Part shown: one piece after another, positions 19,462 through 28,485 of the stretch
How positions within the stretch are numbered: the stretch's first letter is position 1
Layout of the letters: each line of letters begins with the position of its first letter
Sequence record: OR836606.1
Reading direction: 5' to 3' (one strand)
Length of the DNA: 64,000 nt
Source of the DNA: Staphylococcus phage LY01
Made by a program: the position numbers and the translations under genes
Notes under the pieces: model-generated
Database searches by the model: none
What the model was told of the DNA's origin: nothing
The model's input: the letters and a program-made list of their open reading frames with translations, nothing else

Positions 19462-20064
19462 TTATTCTTCAATCATATCTTCTTCAGCTACTTCACTTCT
19501 AGGACCTTCGCCTGGTTGAGGAAGTTCTCCTCTTGCTTGTTTTTCATATATTTCCATTTGCTCTTTAGGGATATTAGGATTATATGATTCTTCTCTTTCT
19601 ATTTGTTCCATTTCTCTATCTGATGCTTCAATTGCTGCTTGAACTTCTTCCTCGCTTAATTCATATTTTTTATGAAACTCAGGATCAAGCATTTTAGGAG
19701 AAACTGGCTGGAATTTACCTTCTTTAGCTAATCTATCTAATTCTGGTGTCATTTCATCTGTTGTAATAATTCCATCTCCATTCGTATCAGCTTTACGGAT
19801 TTCTTCATTTATACTTTCTGTATCATCCGCATTAACTTGATCTTGTTGATTATCACTATTGTCTACTTCTTGAGCTTGATCTTGTTGTGCAACTTCTTTA
19901 TTGTTATTTTCTTTTTTATCTTCTTTTTTGCTTACTTCTGTTTTATCTTGTTTCTTACTATCGCTATCGTTTAATCCTTTAATACTACTATAACCAAATA
20001 ACCCTGCTGCAATAATAACTGCTACCAATGCGATTGACGTTAATACATCTAATAATTTTTTCAT
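19462..20064 (-). CDS. membrane-anchored EF-hand calcium-binding protein
   Basis: N-terminal signal/anchor, then a canonical EF-hand loop DTNGDGIITTDE (positions 1,3,5 = D,N,D; G6; I8; E12). Confidence 0.6.
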   Translation of the reverse strand: MKKLLDVLTSIALVAVIIAAGLFGYSSIKGLNDSDSKKQDKTEVSKKEDKKENNNKEVAQQDQAQEVDNSDNQQDQVNADDTESINEEIRKADTNGDGIITTDEMTPELDRLAKEGKFQPVSPKMLDPEFHKKYELSEEEVQAAIEASDREMEQIEREESYNPNIPKEQMEIYEKQARGELPQPGEGPRSEVAEEDMIEE

Positions 20065-20270
20065 AATACAAAACTCCTTTTAATTTTAATATAGAGTGGA
20101 TCATAGAAAATAATCCACTCTTTTTAATGCTACTTATTATCTTTGTTAAACCAAATTTCCTTCATAAATTTAAAACAACCTGTAAATTTCATTAAAGCAA
20201 GTAACGCTATAATTGTAATAAAGTTTTCTAATAACATATCCTTTTCATCTCCTTATAAATTAATTAATTT

Positions 20271-20462
20271 TTATAATTTTCTTTTCTTGATAAATTTCTT
20301 TCTATATTCTCCCACTGTGTAGTTAATTAGTAAAGAAATTCCTGATAACATTAATCCAAGTGCTAGAGATTTACCTTCTACATATCCTAATACGTCTCCA
20401 ATTATAAATCCCAGTATAAATACAGACCAAAACACAATCCATGGTTTAATTTTGATTTTCAT
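20271..20462 (-). CDS. small membrane protein
   Basis: 63 aa with two hydrophobic helices. Confidence 0.45.
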   Translation of the reverse strand: MKIKIKPWIVFWSVFILGFIIGDVLGYVEGKSLALGLMLSGISLLINYTVGEYRKKFIKKRKL

Positions 20463-20691
20463 AATTATTTACTTTCACTCCTTTTCTTTTTTCTCCTATA
20501 AAATGATTAACAGCTACTGTTAATAAAGTTGTCATAAATGCAATATTCAGAGCTAAAAAGAATTCCATAGTTAATAACCCTAATGTAACTCCGATTAACA
20601 TTCCTAATGCAAATGCCCATTCTGTTTTTAATCTAATTTTTCTCATTTTAATTCCTCCATTTATTATTGAATTATTAAATCTTCTTTCCAT
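20446..20691 (-). CDS. small membrane protein
   Basis: 81 aa with two hydrophobic helices. Start overlaps the upstream stop. Confidence 0.45.
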   Translation of the reverse strand: MERRFNNSIINGGIKMRKIRLKTEWAFALGMLIGVTLGLLTMEFFLALNIAFMTTLLTVAVNHFIGEKRKGVKVNNYENQN

Positions 20692-20966
20692 AAATTATGT
20701 TTTTCTTTACCTTGAAAAGATTGATGTAATCTTCCAGCTTTTGCATAATCACTATTATCTTTATATTCTTTAACTTTGCACTTTTTGACATTTCTTAAAT
20801 ATCTTTCCATTCGAATGTCAAATTTTAATTTATCTATTTGTTTCATTAGATACAATTTTCTTTTAAATTCTTTCTTTGTAATTGACTTATCACTAAATTC
20901 AATTTCTTTATCTAATATTACTTGTAATTCTTTTTTCAGTTGTTTAATTTTTTCTTCTCTAACCAT
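20664..20966 (-). CDS. hypothetical protein (paralogue of 22215-22508)
   Basis: Shared C-terminal DY(A/S)KAGRLH(Q/R)...Q(G)K motif and K/E-rich helix. Confidence 0.5.
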   Translation of the reverse strand: MVREEKIKQLKKELQVILDKEIEFSDKSITKKEFKRKLYLMKQIDKLKFDIRMERYLRNVKKCKVKEYKDNSDYAKAGRLHQSFQGKEKHNLWKEDLIIQ

Positions 20967-20967
20967 T

Positions 20968-21174
20968 TTAATTACTCCCCCATTTTCTTAATCCAAAAGC
21001 CGAATTGTCGAAACTTTCTATAATTGAATCTATTTCTCTGTAAGTCTGTTCAGATGGATATCTCGCTTTATCTGAATAATTGATTAATAATTCCTCTTCG
21101 TTAATTTCCTTTTCGTTTACAAATTCAATTCCACTTAAAAATTCTAACATGATAATTTCTCCTTTTGATTTCAA
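20968..21174 (-). CDS. small acidic hypothetical protein
   Basis: 68 aa ORF. Confidence 0.4.
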   Translation of the reverse strand: MKSKGEIIMLEFLSGIEFVNEKEINEEELLINYSDKARYPSEQTYREIDSIIESFDNSAFGLRKWGSN

Positions 21175-21271
21175 TTTTATTTTTTGTTTGGATCATAGAA
21201 AATTATAGACTTAATGAACTTGATCCATATCCATTAAGTCTCTTTAAAACAGTATCCTTTTCAACTCCTAA

Positions 21272-21418
21272 TTAATTATTAATGATACTATTTGCTTTAT
21301 CGAATACTTCTTTCTCTTCGATTTTTGCTAATGTGTACTCATCAATTTTATTGCTCACTAATCCTAATACAATACCTGCCGCAAATCCCAATACTGATTT
21401 CAATACTAAGTTTTTCAT
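21272..21418 (-). CDS. small membrane peptide (48 aa), not in the ORF track
   Basis: ATG at 21418 with AAAGGAG 8 nt upstream. MKNLVLKSVLGFAAGIVLGLVSNKIDE... has one TM helix. Confidence 0.35.
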   Translation of the reverse strand: MKNLVLKSVLGFAAGIVLGLVSNKIDEYTLAKIEEKEVFDKANSIINN

Positions 21419-21506
21419 AATAATTTTTCTCCTTTAATTTTTATTAGAAAGAATTAATGATAATCTCTTTCTTCATTATTATAATATATAATTGAAAATC
21501 ACGTTG

Positions 21507-22163
21507 TTACGCTTTTTCAAATTCAATTGATTTACTAGCAATTAACTGCTCTATAATGATGTCGATATCTTTACCGAAATATTCTTCTATTAATGCATTA
21601 TCCCATTTTTCGTAATTTTTATCTTCAAAGTATTCAACATCAATATCCATATAAAATAAACTAATAATTAATTCTCTAAGGTCTTTAATATTATTAATAT
21701 TTTCCATTTCTTTATTTTTTAAAGTTTGTTGTATAATATAAAAATAATATAAACCGCTTTGCTGTTCAGGACTCTTATTGTTAATTTGAATAATTTCATT
21801 ACATAATCTTATAATATGCTTATGAGTTAATTTCCATTCTTTTTTATTTAATAAAGATTTAACATTTTCTTCTACAATATTTCTAGGATTAAGTATTTCA
21901 TTTTCCATAATTCTCATTAAGAATTTTAAAGAATCATTAACTGAAATAACATCCAATCTGCTTAATTTACCATTATATTTTTCGATAGCTTTTTCTCTTT
22001 CTGATTTCATAAACATTTTAACAAATTCATTACCTTTAATAATATGCTTCTGATTTCCTACATATACAAAATCAATATAATCAATTCCTTTTTGATAAGA
22101 GTCTTTAATTCCTGTAAAGTCTAATTTTGATTCCTTAAGATTATTTTTATTTACTTTTAGCAT
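21507..22163 (-). CDS. hypothetical protein
   Basis: 218 aa ORF. Confidence 0.5.
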   Translation of the reverse strand: MLKVNKNNLKESKLDFTGIKDSYQKGIDYIDFVYVGNQKHIIKGNEFVKMFMKSEREKAIEKYNGKLSRLDVISVNDSLKFLMRIMENEILNPRNIVEENVKSLLNKKEWKLTHKHIIRLCNEIIQINNKSPEQQSGLYYFYIIQQTLKNKEMENINNIKDLRELIISLFYMDIDVEYFEDKNYEKWDNALIEEYFGKDIDIIIEQLIASKSIEFEKA

Positions 22164-22214
22164 AATAATTCTCCTTTATTATTTTATTAAATTATTAAAT
22201 ATTCTGTATTTCTC

Positions 22215-22508
22215 TTATTTCTGATATTTTCTGTGAAGTCTACCTGCTTTAGAAAAATCATCTGTTCCTTTGTAAATATTATCTCGATCTTTAACCTTTG
22301 CTATATGTTTTTCTCTATCAAAAGTACTCTGATTTACTATTTCATTAATTTCTTTAATTAATCTTTCTTTTTTCTTGTGAAGTCTTTCTTTTACTGTACT
22401 TGATTTAGTTAACCCTATATCAGAATACACGATTTTTAATTCTTCTCTTAATTCCTCTAATTTAGTTTTTTTATTCATTGTGTTTAACTCCTTTTTTTGT
22501 TGGATCAT
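22215..22508 (-). CDS. hypothetical protein (paralogue of 20664-20966)
   Basis: Ends DDFSKAGRLHRKYQK. Confidence 0.5.
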   Translation of the reverse strand: MIQQKKELNTMNKKTKLEELREELKIVYSDIGLTKSSTVKERLHKKKERLIKEINEIVNQSTFDREKHIAKVKDRDNIYKGTDDFSKAGRLHRKYQK

Positions 22509-22520
22509 AGAAAATTTTCA

Positions 22521-22796
22521 TTAAAATTTAGTCGCCTTTAGATAAATATCATGAGAAGTTTTATTAAATTTAAATACTTCTCCTGAAACATTTACCATTT
22601 TAATTTCATCATTTTCTTCTCGATCAATTAATTTAATAATTAATTTCTTCATTTTAGGAAAATAGTCAGTTAAAGATAATGGAATACCTTCAATACTTTC
22701 TCCTACAGTATCAGATAAATTGTCAATACCTCGATCAATAAATCTTTTAATTTTCTTCTCCTCTTTTGATAGTTTTTCGTTTTCAAAATTAGTCAT
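22521..22796 (-). CDS. hypothetical protein
   Basis: 91 aa ORF. Confidence 0.45.
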   Translation of the reverse strand: MTNFENEKLSKEEKKIKRFIDRGIDNLSDTVGESIEGIPLSLTDYFPKMKKLIIKLIDREENDEIKMVNVSGEVFKFNKTSHDIYLKATKF

Positions 22797-22889
22797 TTTA
22801 ATTTCTCCTTTATTTTATTAAAGATATAATTAATATTATCATATCTTCATTATTATAATATATAATTAAAATACCGTATGTTACGCTTT

Positions 22890-23237
22890 CTACATCTTTA
22901 ATATTTGTTCTATAATATTTAATTTTATATCAACATATGATTTTATTGACATAAATATTATAATTAACAATAATGAAAAATAAAATAACTTTCTATTTTC
23001 ATTTTTAATTTTATTTTTAATAATATTACCTTTAATATATTTTAATAAAAATAAAGATATGTGAAAAGCTGAAAACCCTAATCCTAAAGAAACAATCGTT
23101 ACATATGAGAATGCTATCAGAATGTTAAATACCATTAATATATTCCTCCTTTCATAATTATAATATATATCTAAAATAACATTAGTTACAAAAAAAAAAG
23201 AGAATAATATTAGGATAATGATCATTAATTTGATCAT
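22890..23237 (-). CDS. membrane protein
   Basis: 115 aa with 3 hydrophobic helices. Confidence 0.45.
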   Translation of the reverse strand: MIKLMIIILILFSFFFVTNVILDIYYNYERRNILMVFNILIAFSYVTIVSLGLGFSAFHISLFLLKYIKGNIIKNKIKNENRKLFYFSLLLIIIFMSIKSYVDIKLNIIEQILKM

Positions 23238-23248
23238 TATCCTAATAT

Positions 23249-23968
23249 TTATTTTTTTCTTTTAAATATTTCTACTATAACAGTATATATGTTAATATTA
23301 AATATTTTAAACATCATTACCGTTAAATTCCATAATAGTAAAAATATTTGTACAACTATAATTAAATACATACTATCAATTTTATTATTAAAACTATTAA
23401 ACTTAATTACATCCATATTTATAACTAAGAGTGACAAAAATAGAGGAAATAAAGTAAAAAATGTAGAAAAAGTTATTTTCATATATTTATCTTTACTATT
23501 TAAATAGTCAACTGCGAAAAATAGTGAAGTTAATATTAATAGAATTGATATGATTAACATAATAATCATATTAAATAATAATGAATCAGATATTAGCAAT
23601 GCAATTAAAAAGATATTCAATAAAATGAATATCTTTAATGAACTTTTCATTCTATCAAATATAAATAATGAAGCATCTAGAATAACATAAATTATTAGAC
23701 TCACTATAATTAAAGTGAGTATTTTAAACGGATGATATACCAAATTACCATATTCAGATAAACTATTAGTTGCCAATTTAAGTATAATTATAGTTATTAT
23801 ACTTAAATAACTTGTAAAAGCTACTGGTGCTACATCGTATATATCATCTTTATTATTTTTAATTTTCGTATAAGTATAAAAATAATAAAATAAGTAAATT
23901 GATATTAAAAAGTAAGGTATATTTAATATTAAACTTATGAAATTTAATTTAAAAATTTCTTCAATCAT
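23249..23968 (-). CDS. polytopic membrane protein
   Basis: 239 aa with about 6 hydrophobic helices. Confidence 0.5.
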   Translation of the reverse strand: MIEEIFKLNFISLILNIPYFLISIYLFYYFYTYTKIKNNKDDIYDVAPVAFTSYLSIITIIILKLATNSLSEYGNLVYHPFKILTLIIVSLIIYVILDASLFIFDRMKSSLKIFILLNIFLIALLISDSLLFNMIIMLIISILLILTSLFFAVDYLNSKDKYMKITFSTFFTLFPLFLSLLVINMDVIKFNSFNNKIDSMYLIIVVQIFLLLWNLTVMMFKIFNINIYTVIVEIFKRKK

Positions 23969-23983
23969 AAATATTAACCCCCT

Positions 23984-24613
23984 TTATTCTTCTGATTTAC
24001 TAAAATCATTAATAAAGTTATAATCTACCATCATATCTCTAAAATATTCATTAATAATTTTATTTTGTCTATCAATAATATTGATATTTGTAATACTAGG
24101 TTTTATTCCTAATAATTTTTGATTAGTTGTTTCAGATTTATAAATATCATTTAGTCTTTTGTTCATAGCTGTAATATCTAAAGATATTAAATCTGAATTT
24201 AACTTTTCAGAAGTGATATTAACTGGAATAATAAAATAAATATTAGTCTTTACAATTTTATTATTACCATCTTTTTTACCTGTATATATTATATTGATTT
24301 TATTGTCACTAATAAGATTAGAGAAAGTTATTTTTTCTAAAGCTTTAGCATTTGAATTTTTAAAATCTGCATCTAAATTGTCCATATAGTTATAAAATTC
24401 ATCTTGTCTAATAATATGACCTGAGTGGAAGTCATATCTCATTTTAAATCTCTTTATTCCCTTATTAAAATACTTAGGAACGTCATCAATATTCTTTATA
24501 TCATGCGTATAATCTATTTTAATTTTTTTATTGAATGTAAAATTCGATAATAGCATATATATGTTATTATCATTATTTTCAAATAATAAAAATTTATCTC
24601 TCATCTTAATCAA
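23984..24613 (-). CDS. hypothetical protein
   Basis: 209 aa ORF. Confidence 0.5.
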   Translation of the reverse strand: MIKMRDKFLLFENNDNNIYMLLSNFTFNKKIKIDYTHDIKNIDDVPKYFNKGIKRFKMRYDFHSGHIIRQDEFYNYMDNLDADFKNSNAKALEKITFSNLISDNKINIIYTGKKDGNNKIVKTNIYFIIPVNITSEKLNSDLISLDITAMNKRLNDIYKSETTNQKLLGIKPSITNINIIDRQNKIINEYFRDMMVDYNFINDFSKSEE

Positions 24614-24633
24614 TCTCCTTATATTAAATTTAT

Positions 24634-25134
24634 TTAAGATATTATGTTATTGAATCCGTTATAAAATTTTAATAATTTGAAAGACATGATTAAAATAGAA
24701 AGATTATTATAGAATTTAATATATAAATCTTTCACTTCTTCATTATAAAAATCATCTTTATTAATTTGATCAATAATTTGATCTAAAGATATTTCTAGAA
24801 TTAAAGATTCCTTAAAATCTTTCATAGTTGAATTATCTTTAACATCTTTAAGATTTTTTAATAGAAAATCAATATTATCTTTATCTTTTTTAATGTCTAT
24901 ATTTTTGCTAAAAGCATCTATCATTCCATCTTCAATAGATTTTAAATTCTTTAAAGATGAATTAATATTTATAGATAGCATCATTAATATTTTTTCTAGA
25001 TTATTTTTACTATCTGCATTTTCTAATAAAGATGTTAAAATATTCTTGTGACTAAATTCATCTAATCTACTTTCTGTGTGGAAATCTGTTAAATCTTTAA
25101 AAATGTCTTCTAAACTAAAAATTTCTTTTGTCAT
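24634..25134 (-). CDS. hypothetical protein
   Basis: 166 aa ORF. Confidence 0.5.
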   Translation of the reverse strand: MTKEIFSLEDIFKDLTDFHTESRLDEFSHKNILTSLLENADSKNNLEKILMMLSININSSLKNLKSIEDGMIDAFSKNIDIKKDKDNIDFLLKNLKDVKDNSTMKDFKESLILEISLDQIIDQINKDDFYNEEVKDLYIKFYNNLSILIMSFKLLKFYNGFNNIIS

Positions 25135-25217
25135 ATCCGATTCACTCTCCTAGTGTAAATAATATTAGAGGTAATGGATATTATATCCATTACCTCACTT
25201 TTATAATATAAATTTAT

Positions 25218-26270
25218 TTATTGATTAAACTTAATTGGTTCTGATAATTTTATTTTATCTTTTGAAACTCCAAAATCCTTTTCATCTTTAAATTCGTTAT
25301 AATATATATTGGCATCATTTAAAATTACTGGTAGCGAATTACCGAGCATTCTCTTACTACGATAATCAGTAATTTTAACATCTCTATCAGAATAAATATT
25401 TATATTCATATTAAGTATACCTAAACTATTTAAGTAGTTTAATACAAATTTATAACCTTTTCCATTATTAGCTATAAATATATCATTATCATTTATTTCT
25501 TTATTATACACATGATTAAATATCCCTAATATATCAAAGAAACCTTCAGCTATATGAATATTATATACCCTTCTATCTAATCTTAATTCGTTTTTAATTG
25601 AATAAAATCTAGTACTTTCATCAGCTAAGTTCTTAAATATTTTTTGTTTAAAATGTTTCTTCCCATTAGTCCCAAATGTATTATTATTCATTAGTCTGCA
25701 ATTAATAGTGTTCTTATCATTTAGCATATAACTAAAATAGTTATTGTTAAGATTATTTATTTGATATTGATTATCTATATCAAATTCATTATTTTTATAA
25801 AAGTCTTCTATATTTAAAATAATTTTATATAGTTCAATATCCTTCTCATCTATGTTAATACCCAATCTTTCATTAATATAATTAATCTTACTTATTTCTA
25901 AATCAGTATATTTATTTGGATAGTAATTTAATTCTTTTGTATTTCTATTAATAAAAGATTTACCATATTTTTTATTCATATTAGAAATATATTCATTATA
26001 TTGATTATTAATATAGCTATTTATTTCTATATTACCGCTATTTAACATAGATAGAACTTTATTGTTCATGACTCCAGAAGCATTACATCTTTGACAGAAG
26101 TATTTAAATGGAGTTTTATTTTGAATATATAAGTGTGTTGAACTTTTAGATTTTTTAGAATCTCCACAGAAAGGACATCGTATCATTGTTTCATCCTGTG
26201 AAGTTGTTAATCTACATGGGTTTACTTCTTTTTTTAAATGATGATATAAAGTTAAATCATATTTGGACAT
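25218..26270 (-). CDS. DNA primase (DnaG-like: zinc ribbon + TOPRIM)
   Basis: N-terminal CPFCGD...CQRC zinc ribbon. Later IHIAEGFFDILGI (TOPRIM E-G-x-x-D) and YSDRDVKITD (DxD). Confidence 0.5.
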   Translation of the reverse strand: MSKYDLTLYHHLKKEVNPCRLTTSQDETMIRCPFCGDSKKSKSSTHLYIQNKTPFKYFCQRCNASGVMNNKVLSMLNSGNIEINSYINNQYNEYISNMNKKYGKSFINRNTKELNYYPNKYTDLEISKINYINERLGINIDEKDIELYKIILNIEDFYKNNEFDIDNQYQINNLNNNYFSYMLNDKNTINCRLMNNNTFGTNGKKHFKQKIFKNLADESTRFYSIKNELRLDRRVYNIHIAEGFFDILGIFNHVYNKEINDNDIFIANNGKGYKFVLNYLNSLGILNMNINIYSDRDVKITDYRSKRMLGNSLPVILNDANIYYNEFKDEKDFGVSKDKIKLSEPIKFNQ

Positions 26271-26288
26271 TTATTATCATCTTTTCTA

Positions 26289-26921
26289 TTATAAAATTTT
26301 TAAAATAAATTTGAAAAATTTATCAAAGATAGTTTCTTGGTTTTTACCAACTTCATGAATATTTTCTTTATCACGATATTCTTTACCAGTTTCTTTATCT
26401 TTTTGAATATTACTCATTTTTTCTTTTACCTGTTCTACTTTTTCTTCGGTAACATTAGATACTTTTTCTACTACAGGCGATTCTTTTACTTTTTTAACTG
26501 TTTCTTCAGTTTTTACACGTGTTTTACTTTTAGGTTTAACTTCTCCACGTAAAATCTTTTTATATTCATTAAATGTAGGATAACCTACTTCAGCAAAGTA
26601 ATAGTTATCGTCTGTAAGTGCTTTAAATGTAGGATGCTCACCACGTCTAATATGCGTGATTGAATGTGATTTACGATCAATTCCAAATTTAGCTTTAAGT
26701 TCTTTTAAAATATAAGTATTTCCATGCCCTTTATCAATTAATTCTGCAATGTAATGTACTTGTTCTTTAGTTAATTTTTTATAAGATCCTTCTCTTTTAA
26801 CTTCTTTACTCATTTTAACTTCATCCTTTTCTTCTTTTAATTTTGGTAAAACTATAATTTCTTCGTTATTTCTTTCTTCTAATTTTTTCTTCTCTAATTT
26901 CTTTTCTTGTCTTTTGTTCAT
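26289..26921 (-). CDS. lysine-rich hypothetical protein
   Basis: ATG at 26921 with a GGAGATTG RBS. The track start at 26930 is TTG. Confidence 0.5.
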   Translation of the reverse strand: MNKRQEKKLEKKKLEERNNEEIIVLPKLKEEKDEVKMSKEVKREGSYKKLTKEQVHYIAELIDKGHGNTYILKELKAKFGIDRKSHSITHIRRGEHPTFKALTDDNYYFAEVGYPTFNEYKKILRGEVKPKSKTRVKTEETVKKVKESPVVEKVSNVTEEKVEQVKEKMSNIQKDKETGKEYRDKENIHEVGKNQETIFDKFFKFILKIL

Positions 26922-27013
26922 AAACAGCAATCTCCAATCGTATTTATTTAATTTTATTTCTTAAAAATATATGATAAGAATAACGATCTAATAAGACCGT
27001 TATTCCAAGAAAC

Positions 27014-27324
27014 CTATTTACTAGCTTTTATACTCACATTTTTTGATTTAGGATTATTTAATAAATAAACCGCAATCTGCGAGTCTTTATTAAGTGAATA
27101 TGTTCTATTAAACAAACCATCATTATATGATATTAATTGATTGACTGGATCTTGTACTTTTAACATATCATACTGCTCTTCTGAAAATAAAGCTATAATA
27201 TTTAAAGTATCACCATCATAATCGGCACCCATTCCAGCTAAGATATTGTTACTAATACCTACTACAGCAGAATCAATATCATTAGTGATATCTTTAATTT
27301 TTAATATTTGAACTGAAGATTCTG
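27014..27324 (-). CDS. RNAP beta-prime N-terminal subunit, exon 2 (catalytic DxDGD loop)
   Basis: Frame is open upstream of the track ATG. Encodes ...ILAGMGADYDGDTLNIIAL, matching bacterial beta-prime ...[19 protein letters not shown]. It continues ...NDGLFNRTYSLNKDSQIAVYLL, like [21 protein letters not shown]. Exon start (about 27324) estimated from the intron 3' end. Confidence 0.7.
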
Positions 27325-27478
27325 AGATTGAAGGGTTCTTTTCATTAGACTATATCATTATCTTTTACTAAGATATATACTATTTAGTCGTTGAACAACT
27401 TATATTAAGTTGATGCTGATTAATTTTAATAAATCTTTTCAGCAATTAAGTATTATTAATTCATTAATATATTACTAT
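27325..27478 (-). ncRNA. group I intron (mini-intron family) splitting the RNAP beta-prime gene
   Basis: On the minus strand: P TTAATTGCTGAAA (27440-27449 rc), Q AATCAGCATC (27412-27422 rc), R GTTCAACGACTAAA (27383-27397 rc), S GATATAGTCT (27347-27356 rc). Exon 1 frame stops inside the intron. A splice after ...GCGLI-U gives an in-frame beta-prime. Confidence 0.7.
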
Positions 27479-28485
27479 ATTAAGCCGCAACCCATTTTAC
27501 GGTTCAAAATTACTCTCATACCGCCTTCAGTTTTATTAACTAATTCTTTCATGTACTTATATACTTTAGGATTAAAGTTATCCAAAGCTTTACCTAATAT
27601 TTCTTCCGCTTTAGGTAATGGAATATTTTCTGTTACATACATTAAATTAGCCAATAATGGTTTATATATTTCTAAGAAGATTGTATAATTCATTCTAATT
27701 TCATTTAATTTTAAGTCAGGTGCTGGAACAATTACTGAACGAGCTGAATATCCTACTCGACTACCCATAATTAATTTACGAATAGTTCCCATTTTACCTT
27801 TAATATTCTCATTAATAATGCGCTCATAGATATTCATATTATCATCTTGAATTTTATTAAGTAAATTTAATTTCTGCAATTCAACTGAATCATCTGTATA
27901 ATGCTCATCTAATTCTTTAAGACTATTACTATGAGCAATTAATAAATTAAATTCTTTATTGATCTCTGAATGTCTAAATGTCTTAGTTGCCTTATTAACT
28001 GTGGCTGGTCTTAATTTAGGACTAAATACGGTTACATAATTTTGAAATAATGTTCCATTTAAATACCACTGAACAACCCTATTGTAATCTTTAGTTGAAC
28101 GTTTATCACGTTTAACTTCTTCTTTAAGAATTTTTAAAAAGTTCTTTCTAAATTCAACTAAACCAATATATGAATTATGATCATCTTCCGGTTCAATTAC
28201 ATTGCCATTCTCATCGATAGGTTTTTCAGAACTAATAATTTCAGCAAATCTTTTTCTACCTATTAGTTTTTTAATTCTATCATATCCTAAAGGCGTAATA
28301 ATATAGTTATTGCCTAAATAAATTATAGCTTCATTTGTAATATTATCTATATCTGAATCAGGTCCAAAGATTTTCTCACTGAAGATACCGTCTTCAGTGA
28401 AATCACCTTTCTTATCAATTGATTCATGATTAGTCACTACTGGTAATTTTGATAAATCTTTATTCTTAAGTAAAAATCTAGCCAT
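27475..28485 (-). CDS. RNAP beta-prime N-terminal subunit, exon 1
   Basis: DGIFSEKIFGP matches DGLFCARIFGP. MGSRVGYSARSVIVPAPDLKLNEIRMNYTIFLEIYKPLL matches LGKRVDYSGRSVI(T/V)VGPxLxLHQCGLPKKMALELFKPF. The last ~9 codons are probably intron read-through. Confidence 0.8.
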   Translation of the reverse strand: MARFLLKNKDLSKLPVVTNHESIDKKGDFTEDGIFSEKIFGPDSDIDNITNEAIIYLGNNYIITPLGYDRIKKLIGRKRFAEIISSEKPIDENGNVIEPEDDHNSYIGLVEFRKNFLKILKEEVKRDKRSTKDYNRVVQWYLNGTLFQNYVTVFSPKLRPATVNKATKTFRHSEINKEFNLLIAHSNSLKELDEHYTDDSVELQKLNLLNKIQDDNMNIYERIINENIKGKMGTIRKLIMGSRVGYSARSVIVPAPDLKLNEIRMNYTIFLEIYKPLLANLMYVTENIPLPKAEEILGKALDNFNPKVYKYMKELVNKTEGGMRVILNRKMGCGLI

